A DNA stretch of 64,000 bases from Vermamoeba vermiformis (Eukaryota). The position numbers and the translations under genes are program-made. Where the stretch lies: NCBI GenBank assembly GCA_045837725.1, contig JBEWZL010000232.1:124001-188000 (forward strand), given 5' to 3'. Positions 35,940 to 48,000 of the stretch are shown here, piece by piece. Under the pieces are notes generated by a model, which saw only the letters and a program-made list of their open reading frames with translations, was not told the DNA's origin and did not search any database. The stretch's first letter is position 1. Each line of letters starts with the position of its first letter.

Positions 35940-37488
35940 TTAAATGTGGTTTGCCATTGTGTCTACACTCACAAATATGTCATCGGTTGCTGCATATGAA
36001 GGCACTGCTGGGCACGCGTTGTGTTGCGTGCGGTACTCGTACATGAAGAAGTGGTTGTAATAGTGCACCAAAGCTGCGGCAAGCACGAAGAAGTGCCAAA
36101 TGACGTGGCTGTTCAAGTGCAGGTCAAACTTGCCAGGGAAGAATCTCTCGGGTGCCTTATGCAAGTAGATCATAGCTCCTACAATGTACGTGAGACCCAT
36201 GAGTCCTAATCGCCACATGATAGGCGCCATGAACTCTGCGCCGTTCAGCCACTAACACAATTAGTAATGAACAACATTGCTAGTTTAAATGCACTTACGT
36301 AGCCGTGGACCAACGGGAAGGTGCCAAAAAAGCTGAGGCCGATGAACAGTGCAACACGTGTTCCTTCAAAGCCTGCATCACCAACATTGTGCGTTCGCCT
36401 GTTACATTCATTAATGCACAAGTCATAATCACTCGAGCTAGTCAACGTACCAGCAGAAGTAAATGCTGTATCCACCGAGCAACGAAATGATAGAAATGTA
36501 TAAGATGAATAGTGTCGGTTCGCAGTGGAAAATGTAATATAACGGGAAATAAATGCTGCCAGTGATCATTGTGCTAATGCCTACAGTTCATATTAGTATC
36601 GCTGCGATGAACGAAGGTAAGATTAAGACTTGTTGACGAACCTGAATAATCAAGCTTGGCCACGTGAGCACAAATTCCCGTATTACATGATAATGTATGA
36701 TATGTTACAGAGGATAAGAGCATGATTTGCGCGGCGATTAAATGGATCGCAAACCACAATCTGTCTCCGAAATCACCTATGTGACGAATGTGCGATTAGG
36801 CATATTAAGATTCCAGCAGTCATTATATTAAACATACCAGTAGTATTCAAAAATGCAATTCCGTCGACTAATAAATATACAAAGATGAAGAAACCTATCA
36901 GATCTGCGGCGGTTAAAGAGAAATTTGCGGGTAAAGTTCAGTATTTTAAATCAAGTAGCTATAATAGGTAAATAAGGATACGGCTCCAAATATTCCATGT
37001 TTCTATAATTATAAAAACAAGGTTAGTAACACGTGTCAGAGTACAGATATTTCGGATCGACAAAAATGTCAGAATTTATCAAATAATCCCATTGTCGATA
37101 AATTAAAACAATTGGGTATTTTTGTGGCATTAATATCGTAACCGACAAACGGTCGGAGTTTAAAAAATTTTTAATTACCGTTATGCAGGTGGAAAATCGA
37201 TTTAAAAGCTGTCCACGAATCCAAATGAGGCCTATAGTGATTTAATATCCACGGGTTGTGCTTAAACATTTCTGGCAAATGATTCCAGTGGAGAAGATCG
37301 TAATCTCGAGACAAAAAACTTCCGCTTTTTTTCAGGGGCCGGGCCTCTTTCATATTTTCATGGGCACTGTGATTATTTTCGTGTTTATGCGCTGCATGCC
37401 CATTTGTGTGGCCGTGATCGTGCGGATCTCGTTTTCTTAGATGGCTCCGAACTGCCGTCTCTTCCTGTTGCACAATGGTCCTTTCCAT
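35940..37488 (-). CDS. PAQR/adiponectin receptor family (HlyIII) membrane protein
   Basis: NPWILNHYR, SIFHLHNET, SVTYHTLSC, KLDYS and PERFFPGKFDLHLNSHVIWHFFV. Confidence 0.9.
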
Positions 37489-37927
37489 CCGATATATATG
37501 AATACTAATAATACAAATATACAACAACCGATAATGCAGGTTTGTTGCGCACTATCGAAAAAAAAATTACAACTGCCTTTTGGCGTTTCACAACGGCTTT
37601 GAGACCAAAAGTGGGACCAATACTATTTAGGTCTACCTTTATTGTAATTAAATCGTATTAAAGTCCCTACTTGCAGGAATGCCGTCATTGAAAGAATTGG
37701 ATCGTAGTGATCGGCGATCTTAATTTCCTAAATAACCGGGTACTAATTTCAGGACGTCAAATATTTGCACTGTACTACTTCGTGGACAGACAATAAATGT
37801 GACGAGAAATGTCACCGTAGGCGCGACCGCCTAATTTCAAATAAAAAAGGTTGAAACAAAATTCTCTTGCCAATTCTCAGCTCAAATAATAATATCTTAT
37901 TTATAACGCCATGTTAACCACACGACA

Positions 37928-39033
37928 ATGAGTCAAAGTCAAGACGATCACATCTGTTTTAATATTGGTGGAAAGCGATATGAAACCTGTAAATCAACGA
38001 TTCTGAAGTACCCCAATACTCTGTTGGCAACAATGTTGTCCGAGCGAAATAAAGATATGCTACAGAAAAATAGTAAAGGTAAAATAGCGCTTATTGCCAA
38101 TGAAAATTAATTACGGAACGAAAAATTAATTTAATTTGTCAAAATTGACATTATGCTCGCTGTATCTATCATATTATCACCATTCAATTATCATATGCCA
38201 GGCAATTTCAAAATAACACAAGAATTTTAAATTGTTATTGAATATTGGATCCAACTTACCGTATCTTCCAGCTAATTTGGACACTCGCTAATAACTCTTA
38301 ATATTAGGGGAGATTTTCATTGATAGAAATGGTCGGTTATTCGAATCCATACTTGACTTTTACCGCACTGGTCAACTTACAGTTTCGAGCGACACTCCGT
38401 TAGATGCGGTACTTAACGATCAAATTTACTGTCATTACATTGACACCCTATTAACTAATGTAATTAGATTGCTCGCGAGATCGATTACTATCAGCTTCCA
38501 GTGGAAATTCCTTATCCTGAATGGGAATACATCGGCTTTAATTGGGAGCAAGCCTATGGTCCCGGCCAGACTGACTATCAGTACCTCTATCTTATTACTA
38601 ACGATGGTATGAACACAATTAGCTAATTGAATTAAATATTTTATCTGACCATTCATTAGGCAAGCGAGAGTTAACGTGGATCAAAGGCAAATGGAACACT
38701 GAAGGCATCACTCGCATCAAGTTGTGCGCATTAATCACGTGGTTGAATAAGTTGGGCAAAGAAGGCTGGGAGCTCGTTGCCACTGACTCACAAAAGCCTG
38801 ACTTTTCATCGCGTAACGTAGTTTACATGAAACGACGCAAAATCACTGGCAGAACGAACAAGTCGATCATAGACGACGAAGTAAACATCAGTAGTCTCAC
38901 GCTTAAGCCTATTCGTCCGACATCACCGACAAATGTAACTGCTAATCCGCTCATTCAGCCAATCGTTGATAACGGAGTAATTAACCACGTCAATCTGCCC
39001 GATGTAAATCTTGTTAATAATAACCATAACTAG
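37928..39033 (+). CDS. KCTD-type BTB/POZ protein with DUF4177-like C-terminal module
   Basis: FNIGGKRYETCKSTILKYPNTLL and FIDRNGRLFESILDFYRTG, then WEYI...LNKLGKEGWELV. Confidence 0.8.
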
Positions 39034-39119
39034 CTTGTATGAATAAATGTAGATAGTTGAACTTCGCCAAAAAAGTAATTTTACAAATTTACAAAATTTA
39101 CAGACTAGTGGATCTCGTT

Positions 39120-40469
39120 CTAGTACGCTCGTTGTGGTGTCCACAGATCCAAGTTCTTTCCAGCCGCAGCAACCTAGACCACGACATTAGCTCGATAATG
39201 AGACTTGTGACACGCAGTCCTTACCAGCATCATCGTTGGATTCCATTTTACTGATGTTATCGCCGATTTCGATACGTCCCAAGATGCTACGTTTCTACCG
39301 GATAAACTGTCCCAAATAAGAACACGACCGTCGTCCGATCCTATTAGTAGCGTTAATAATCATATCTCATTCGCGAAATTACTCGACGGACATACCAGAT
39401 AAAACGAATTGGTCATCAGGGCTGAACGAAGCTTCAATGAATTGTTTCTCGTTATTAGATGTTGTGTATTCTTGCAATTTGTCGCCCTTGAACGCGTCGA
39501 AGAGATAAATAGATCCCTCGAGTGTTGATAATAACAGGTATTTGCCATTATTACTAAAGTTAATATTTCCCCAGTGGATAGCAGGACCGCCCAAATAAAA
39601 CGTTGAAAACGGGTTCTAAGATTAAATGTTATCGCGATGCTTCAAAAGGCGTGGCAAATACCTTATCGAAACTTCGAATGTCATACAGCTTGATTACGTT
39701 CGTGGCACTCGCAACAGCAAAACACGTGCCTGTTGGGTCGAATGAAACGACCGACCTTCCAGTCTTGTGTAACAATCCCTGCAAGTATATTAATGTCATA
39801 CAAGGCTATACCTCTTACGCACCATGCAGTCTTTGTAACGTGCATCCCAAAGTCTGACAGTGTCGTCAAGCGAAGAAGACATGAAGTACCTCGTTCCCGG
39901 ACAAACAGCCAACGAAACAACTCTGGCAAACATTAATGAATGTTTGATAAAAAGTGCGATATTACAACTATTACCTGTCTCTGTGACCTTTAAAATAGCG
40001 TTCGTACTTCTTTTCGGCGATCACGACCAATCGAATAGTTTCTAACGCTCAGTTAGATATTGAATAAATTAATCTAAGATAACATTACCATCCCACCCAT
40101 TCTTAGATGTGTGCAATGCTTTTTCTTTGTCGTTGGAGAGAAATTTTATCAGATCCACCCCGTACTTCTTAGTTGGAATAGATATTTTTCTAAATATCAC
40201 TATAATTAATAAAAATATTTCCCATTAATAATGCGTACTCAAATTCACGTTGATGTAACTTGTAAACGCGAATAGTTTCGTCATCGCTAGTAAACGCCAA
40301 CAGCGATCCATCGTACGAGTAATCTATTGAAGTGATAGGCGCTTGCTGTAAAAATATTAATTTATTGCTCATATAACGCAAATACGCTTACGTTCTCGTC
40401 GATCTTCTTGGATGGCCCCATCAGGGCGAGGGTTTTCTCCGACAAAACGAAAGAAGGTCCTGTATTCAT
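39120..40469 (-). CDS. WDR82: WD40 protein WDR82/Swd2 (COMPASS/CPF subunit)
   Basis: ITSIDYSYDG, KKYGVDLIKF, RYFKGHRD, FSNNGKYLLLST and EASFSPDDQFVLSGSDDG. Confidence 0.85.
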
Positions 40470-40610
40470 TTCAAGATCTTGAGACGCGATAATATGCCCG
40501 CGTGCTTATTCGGAGCTTCAGAATTGAGTTTCGCTGGGTAGGAGGAAATCTCAGAACACGATTCCTGATTGGTCCGAAAAAATTATCAATTTTAACAACC
40601 TGTTTTGTTG

Positions 40611-40627
40611 CTCTTTTCTTCCTTTCC
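40611..40627 (+). promoter_or_regulatory. 5'TOP-like pyrimidine tract upstream of the ribosomal protein gene
   Basis: ctcttttcttcctttcc lies about 60 nt before the RPL27A ATG. Confidence 0.4.
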
Positions 40628-40678
40628 TACAACTTCACTTTTGTCCGTTCTTGGCCCTAGAGTAACACTTAATTCAAT

Positions 40679-41496
40679 ATGGTACGTTAATCTCATAATC
40701 CTAGCGCATAATCATCGGTCATGAGTAACCCACGAACTTATGAGCTTGCATGACGAGATTCAGATGCAGATTTGATAATTATCGAAGAGAATAATTATTA
40801 ATTAAATTTTATTACAGCCTACTAGAGAAAGACAAACACGCAAAAAGCGTGGCCACATTATGATGGGTTATGGTCGCCGTGGTAAGTATTATTTTAATTT
40901 TTTGGATGATATTTTATAATTCAATTATTGGTTACCTGTCGACCACTAATGTTGTCCGAATATCAATATTAAAATTTATGTAAATAGGAAAGCATAGAAA
41001 GCACCCGGGAGGTCGTGGTAATGCTGGTGGTCAACATCATCACAGAACCTACTTCGACAAATAGTAAGTTGTTTGAAACCATTCACCAATCCTATATTAA
41101 AATCCAACGATTCGTACACGAAATGCGCCCAAGATACATTATTATAACGACAACCATAACCGTTTTACATTTTGCTGATCATCTTATTTCAGCCATCCTG
41201 GTTACTTCGGTAAGGTTGGTATGAGACACTTCCACTACTTGAAGAACAACTACCACTGCCCCACCGTCAACATCGATACTCTCTGGTCCCTCGTTAGCGA
41301 GCAAACTCGCAAGGCTTACACCGACCGTAAGGACGGCAAAATGCCCGTGATCGATGTTACTCGTGCTGGTTACTTCAAGGTTTTGGGCAAGGGCAAGCTT
41401 CCTTCCATCCCTGTCATTGTCAAGGCCAAGTTTTTCTCTAAGCAAGCCGAAGAAAAGATCAAGGCTGCCGGTGGTGTCTGCGAGCTGTCTGCTTAA
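40679..41496 (+). CDS. RPL27A: 60S ribosomal protein L27a (uL15)
   Basis: ATG-only first coding exon. [42 protein letters not shown]. Confidence 0.97.
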
Positions 41497-41622
41497 AAAA
41501 ATAAAAATAGGCGATTATAAATACTAATCCACGAGTCATTTGCTCTGGTAAACGCGATTTTATTTACAAATTTGCCCAGGAGGAGTACACCGCGGGAGGG
41601 TGTAGTCCCTTGCTGTACCGGA

Positions 41623-42260
41623 TCATCGGCCCTCTGGCACCTTGAAACTACTGCATTTCCTTTTGAATATTTTTGTTGTATGAGTTTGAACGATCTCTTC
41701 CACACCCAGTTCGTAGTCTAGCAAGTCTCTTTCGGCTGTAATTCGTTTTGATTTCACTTTTCTCTTTTCATCTCGTGGATCCAGTTTCAGATGTTCGATC
41801 TGTTCTTGATTGACCTGTTGACACGTTTTAATGCCTTCAATGCGTTCATTGTGGTTTAGAGTTAATGTTTTCCAAATATTCTCGCATTCTCCGACCTTGT
41901 TGTCTGCTTTGTTAAGTTGGATCTGGATGGTGTCGTCAAACTTTCTATCGCAAGCAAAAAATTGGTAATTGAAATAATTAATAGTAAATGAGTTAAATTT
42001 TTATTTGCACGAAATATTAGCCTGGTGTCACCTAGTGATATTACATAATAATTTTTAAAAATTTTATTACTCACCACTCCCTTTTTCTTGCGCAACGGTC
42101 GGTGTAACGCAGTTAAATATAATTATTTTGGCACAGAATTTGCGAGTAATAGGGGAAAGTGGTGAGGAAACAGTATTGTGACGTGGCACGTTTGTAATTA
42201 CCTCCTTTCCTTTAGCCATTGCATAAATGTACTTATATCGTTGCACAACGAGGTGTCCAT
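41623..42260 (-). CDS. MIX23: MIX23/CCDC58 (Cid2) mitochondrial intermembrane-space protein
   Basis: Two exons, not called by the ORF track: MDTSLCNDISTFMQWLKERRKFDDTIQIQLN..C..C..YELGVEEIVQTHTTKIFKRKC. Confidence 0.75.
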
Positions 42261-42785
42261 TATGTTGATAGTGGAAATTAAAGAAAATAGTGCAACAAAC
42301 AATCAAAGTTTTGAGTTGAGCTCACTTTGCATTCTCGCAGAACTTGCACGTGCACTGTTCACATTTCTAACTAGTGCTTAGTGATGTCCCGCTCTTCTTC
42401 TATGATGCCGCACTTAGGCTTGGTTCTGTCAGCTTTGGCGTTTAGCACGATTTTTATCTGAAAGGCAAGGCGAAATCCCGTCAAACTGCGAAAAGTGGTG
42501 ACGCGGCACTCGACAAAAGCCAGTCTTTGCTACCACAATCAAGGCAAAGCGATGCAACTTACGCGATAAAATGATCAATAGTGCTGCATAACGATTGAAG
42601 GTGCTCTCATGCTCACTCGTGTTCTCTTGTGATACAGTCCTTTGAACTCATACTATCGTTTCGGACTGTATCATGGAAGTTGGATCATTGGTATACGCAA
42701 GACTAATGTTTTGGTCCAACTTCTACATGAACACACGAGCTCAATCACCTTTTTATCCGCCGTTGGTTCGTAATTTTTCATTTAT

Positions 42786-43648
42786 CTAGTGGTGTTTCGG
42801 AACATATCCGTCTACAGCCATATTTCTAGTCGCTGATGGCAATTTAACTTTAACACCATCCAATTCTTTAGTAAGTTTGACTTGACAACCGAGACGTGAC
42901 CTTAAAATAGAAAAGTCAATTCGTGAACCGGTTCGTTAAACGGAATCATCGCGCATACGTTGAAGTTAGCCCAAAGGCGAGGTCTAGCATATCATTTTCT
43001 TCGTCTGAAGGTTCAGGAAGCGTGTCATAGACTGGAGGTTCTAAAATGACGTGACACGTTGAACATGCCAGTGAGCCTTCGCAGGCGCCTTCTAAATCGA
43101 TGTCTTTTTTGTGTGCTAATTCTAACAAGTTGAGGCCTACTTTGCCTCGCACGCTCTGTACAGTGCCGTCCTTCAAAACCCAGTTGACTGTAACACTGGA
43201 AAAATATTAATTACGAACGTATCTTGAAGCCGTTTCAAGGCACATTAAATGTATTGCTCGCTAGCGGTCAAGTGGTAGCTAACAGTGTTTTTAGAACGCG
43301 GGATCGCGTGCACTTTCAATTATAAAATTGTTTGATTACAGATCTCGGAATAATAATTATTATATTTATCCTAAATATAACTGGCAATTTACTTACTAGT
43401 CTGGCCCATTTTCGTCCTCTTTTTGCGATCTGAATTTTTTATTAAATTCATTTGCGCGAGTAGAACTGATCTGTATGACTTAGGACTTACTCTTTAATAA
43501 TGTTAGTGGTAATAAAGCTTCGTGTTGCTGTTTGGTGCAATGAAGTTTGACTGGCACGCGGAGCAAAAAGAGATCCGCTTCTCTTTCCAAGCGCTGGTGT
43601 TGCCTTGGACAGAGGGGAATATAAACGTAGTAGTGTTTGACGAAGCAT
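42786..43648 (-). CDS. Mitochondrial 2Fe-2S ferredoxin (adrenodoxin/Yah1/FDX2 type)
   Basis: Presequence, [32 protein letters not shown] and ATRNMAVDG. Confidence 0.93.
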
Positions 43649-43701
43649 AGTGAGTAAATTGATGCGAAATTGGCCGTCTACTGACATGAGCCGCTTCTTG
43701 T

Positions 43702-43734
43702 CACGTGCGTAACCACGTGCTCAAAGCCACGTGC
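43702..43734. promoter_or_regulatory. Triple CACGTG E-box cluster in a divergent promoter
   Basis: cacgtgcgtaaccacgtgctcaaagccacgtgc lies between the ferredoxin and epimerase starts. Confidence 0.5.
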
Positions 43735-43792
43735 GCTTTTTACTGAATTCGTATCTTCTCGAATTTCAATAACTACACTTAAAGAGAGAAAC

Positions 43793-44936
43793 ATGAGTGG
43801 TAAAGTATTTGTTGCTGGTGCAGGAGGCTACATTGGATTGGAGGTCGCCCTGAGCTTACGCAGAGCAGGTTACGAAGTCTACGGTCTCATCCGTCACGAG
43901 AAAAATAGAAAAGAGCTTGAAAAAAATGAAGTTACCGTTGTGTTAGGGTAAGATTAATTAAAGGATTCTGTTTCAGAGATTAACTGAAATTTATTTTTAG
44001 CGAGTTGTCGAATCCAGCTTCTTACTCCAATGTCCTTGGACAGTGCAGTGTTATTATCGACGCAATCGGTACGTATTTCACGTTGGTGCTTTTCCATTGT
44101 CCCCAAAAGGTACCTTACTAATGGATCTTCTGGAAGGCATGAACGAACATTCTACGACCTTTTTCAATGCAGTTGTGGAAGCGCACAAAAACAACTCCCC
44201 TGTATACAACTACAAACCTTTGTTTGTCTTTACTTCGGGTATCCTTATCTATGGTCCTGGTGTTGCGAACGTGGTGGTTGACGAGACGATGGTGCCAAAC
44301 CCTTTGCCCGAAGTCGTCCCTCGCAAGAAGTTTGAGGAGAAGGTCTTGCAAAGTGAGAGTGTGCGCGGTGTCGTGATTCGTCCTGGCTTCGTGTACGGCG
44401 GTTCTGGTAAGGTTTCACTGAAGACGTAACAGTAAGTACTAATCGATCAACAGGCGGCCATGTGGCTACTTCGAAGTACTTTGCGGTTCAACCTGGTCAA
44501 GATCTGAACATTCTTGGTTCACGTACTAAGCGATGGTCTTGGGTGCACATCAACGACTTGGGCGAGGCTTACGTAGCAGTGGCCAAAGCTGGACGCACTG
44601 TCGATGGTCAAGTGTTCAACATCGCTTCTTATCATGCTCCCTACCTTCGAAGAGTTGATGGTTGCGTAAGTATTTAACGATCATCTTGACTTGATTGGTG
44701 ACTAAGCAGAAATGTCTAGAGGTGCCAAGGCGACTGGCTGGACAGGCGACGTCAAGTATTTGGAGCTTCCTCCCAATAACGTAGTGCTCAAAATATACGA
44801 GTCTCATGTCGTAGTTAACCCACAGAAGGCTATCGATTTGCTGGGCTGGAGGCCAAAGCACAAAAGTCTGCTGGATGAGATCGACAAATACTACAAGTCT
44901 TGGAAGTTGCATCACGAAGATGGTACCGGACATTAG
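43793..44936 (+). CDS. NAD-dependent epimerase/dehydratase (atypical SDR)
   Basis: KVFVAGAGGYIG, FVFTSG, VIRPGFVYG, WSWVHINDL and LLGWRPKH. Confidence 0.85.
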
Positions 44937-45016
44937 ATGCGAAAGTTACGCGATGTCAATTTTGTATTCGTGTCAAATAAATCCTTGAGGAAGAGAAATA
45001 CCAGAGCCGAGATAAA

Positions 45017-45050
45017 TTTCGCGCCAAAAAAACGCAGGTCAAAATTTGAA
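45017..45050 (+). promoter_or_regulatory. E2F-like (TTTCGCGCC) and CHR-like (TTTGAA) elements upstream of separase
   Basis: Both motifs lie within 70 nt of the ATG. A similar pair occurs near the kinesin start. Confidence 0.45.
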
Positions 45051-45085
45051 TTTTGGTCTTCCATTCATTATTCAGAACGAGCGCG

Positions 45086-48000
45086 ATGGACAAGGCAAGA
45101 CTAAAAAAATTATTTGACGAATATAATGCCATCAATTCAGTTATCCGGGCACATAGAGTAAGTACGAGCTCCAAGCTCTCCATCCCAGAAACAAATTCTT
45201 TCTTTTTTTTATTATTTAATTAATTAACCTAAAAATATGCGCTAATATTTTACTCAGTACGCCGAGGCGCTAAGAGAGGTTAATATTCTATTGGATTCTT
45301 TGTCAGATTTTCAAAGAGAATACTTTCCGGCAAAGAGAACGCCTGAAAACAAAGAAAATACTAACCAAAATAATCGAGATGACTTATTACCGTCTCCTGG
45401 CTGCGATTCAAAACTTGCATTGGTTGTGGTCGGATCTTTACTTAACAAGCTTAGTTGCTTGACGGACACCAGCACTATTGCCGACGTAAAGGTACTTATT
45501 AATAGTCTATCAATGAAAATAACTTACACTATACTTGCTAGGACGTCGTCCAAACCATGGTACTGGCAGATGCTTGGATCAGCCACCTAACTACATCGCA
45601 ACAACCCGTTACACAATACGTTGATAGTCTTACTCGAGCAGTTTCTGCGATATGCGCTAAGATTGACAGCAAGATTCAGGGATCAGAAGCTGGCGTGCTT
45701 GAGAAACTCATTCAGCTGCGATCTGCCTCCCTAAAAATCCTTGAACGGGTTGTAAGAACCGCGCCCGAGATGTATTTTGATCACCTTCATCGTACACTCG
45801 TCATAATGCAGAAGTTTAATCCCGCTAAAGCCGTTGAGTTCGTGAAGAGCTATTTATCTTCAAATCAACAGGCAGCACTGTCATACGAGAGCCACATCGA
45901 CTCTTATTTGACTTGTTTATATACTATTGGTCGATGCTTGGAGAAGGTACGGGGGTTGTATTAAGAATTGAGTAACGTATTAATTACTTTATTGCAGGAG
46001 AATAAATTTGCGGATGCAGACAAAGAATACACGTACATTTGGGGCTACTTAGATACCCTGAAGAAGAAACATAAGATTGACGATATTATTTACGACGTGC
46101 ATAACGTTTGTGTTCTCTCGCACAAATGTTTACTGTGTTTAGTCGAACTGACCACGGCTACAAGTAAGCCGAGAAGCATAAATCAAGCGGCCGCTTTTTC
46201 CTTACTAACAAGTTCGGTAGAATCAAATGACGAGCGCATGGTATTGATGAAGAGCATCTTGAAGCACTCCGTCAAGTTTGTCGAGCTCATTCAAGAGCTC
46301 TTGCCAAAAATCAATGTAGATAAGAAAGATAGTACGTACACTTAAGGCAAGCAAAAGGCAGCGCTAATAACAACACGTTATTATTAGAGTCCGCAGCTAA
46401 ACGAACAACGACAATTTATGACACGATGTGCCGCATCAACACAGTCTTACGAGAAGTGAGAAGAGTTTTGTCATCTGACATTTGCAGTGTCGGCTCGGCG
46501 TCTGGTGCTAAGGTTACCTTGCCTGATAAGGTCCTCGAAGGGCTAGAACAGCTGATGGTTATCCACTCCGAAGTGGTTAGAAAAGGACTTGAATTGGACG
46601 CTCAACTCGATTCAAAGGTAATACTAGCTCGAAGCGATTGTAACAGCACTAACGCACACTGTAGAGCTCGTTAAAGTTTAAAGCTTGCGAACAGTATGAG
46701 TGGGAGGCAATCAGCAGCGCCGCTCTGCTAGTGTTCGAAAAGAATAAGAACGAGAGCAAATTAGCGTGCGAATATTTAGAAAAAGCAACGGAAATAATTC
46801 GCGCCAAAAACAAACTGTCAGAATTGAAATCCATTTCGTCATTGTAAGTAATTTCCTTCACACTAGACGTAAGTCTAACCTCATTCACTTCGCAGGTATT
46901 ATAATATTGGTATTCTCTTCTACAACAAAAAGAATTACAGTGGAGCCGCAGAGCCCTTATTGAAGTGCTGTGAGATCTACGAAGAGTGGGGCCAAACCAA
47001 TCCTATCGACGAGAAAACATTGGCGAAGAGAAAAGAATTGGTTTCCATTTGCCGTCAGAAGTCGAATGACGTCGATGTAAGTGCCTTGTGACCGTTGCAG
47101 CTCGTCCAAGTCATTAACCTGCAATCATAGGGAGCATTGAAAGAAATAGTAGACGGCATTTTGAAGACTATTACAGCCGCAAAGGGCGAAGTGGGTCCGT
47201 TAGTGATGAGATTCTGCGCCATCAAGCTTCAAACAGTGGCTTCTGCTACCAACAAGAGGTATTTGCTTTGGTAGATTGTCGTGCACTTGTGCTAACGAAA
47301 CTAACAGGGATTTTTCCGGATTCACACTAATGAAGGTACTCGAGAAGGCCAAAGTGACACCAAAGCAAAAGGGTCAAGTGCTTGAGGCTGAGTACGAGCT
47401 CTACGACAAATACGACAAGGAGGATTGGGCGCTTGAAGTCTTGAGTGGTCTGTTACAAGTGTACAAGGCAAAGGAGCACCCAGTCAGACGAGCTCGCATG
47501 CTGATTGAACAGGCAAAAATCGACCGCAAAAACCAAGATGCAGCTTCTGCCCTGAAAAACGTCGAAGAGGCTGTTGAGTTGTTGAAAGGCAATGTATGTC
47601 TAAGTTTCAATCCACGGTAGGTTATAACAAACGATTATAGGTGTACGAAGACGCAGACCTTCAGGAGGAGTTGTTGAACGACCTTGCAGTCGCGTATGCT
47701 TGGTTGGCCATCACGAGACGCGACAACGACGAGGACGTTGCTGAAAGCGAGCTCGACGGAGTTCTTTCGCTTGCTTTGCAAATGTGGACCACTATCATCA
47801 ACAACTTGTCAGCCCCTTCCAGTAAGTCGTGTTGTTTAACTGCCTTAAACTGAAGGCCTAACCTTGCCTACAGAACCCGAAGTTGTCGAATCTAACAAGA
47901 AGTACTTCGGTTCGCTGGAGAAGACTGAGGCTATTATGAGTACGTATCAACTAATGCATAAGATTGACCGCTGATTCCGTTACACAGGGCTGCTCGTTGA

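Noticed and set aside
40682-41192. snoRNAs in RPL27A introns
   Set aside because: I found no convincing C/D box pair with a terminal stem, and no H/ACA layout.
42620-42690. SECIS element in the hairpin containing ATGA
   Set aside because: The ATGA is Watson-Crick paired rather than in a GA quartet, and no adjacent gene needs an in-frame UGA.
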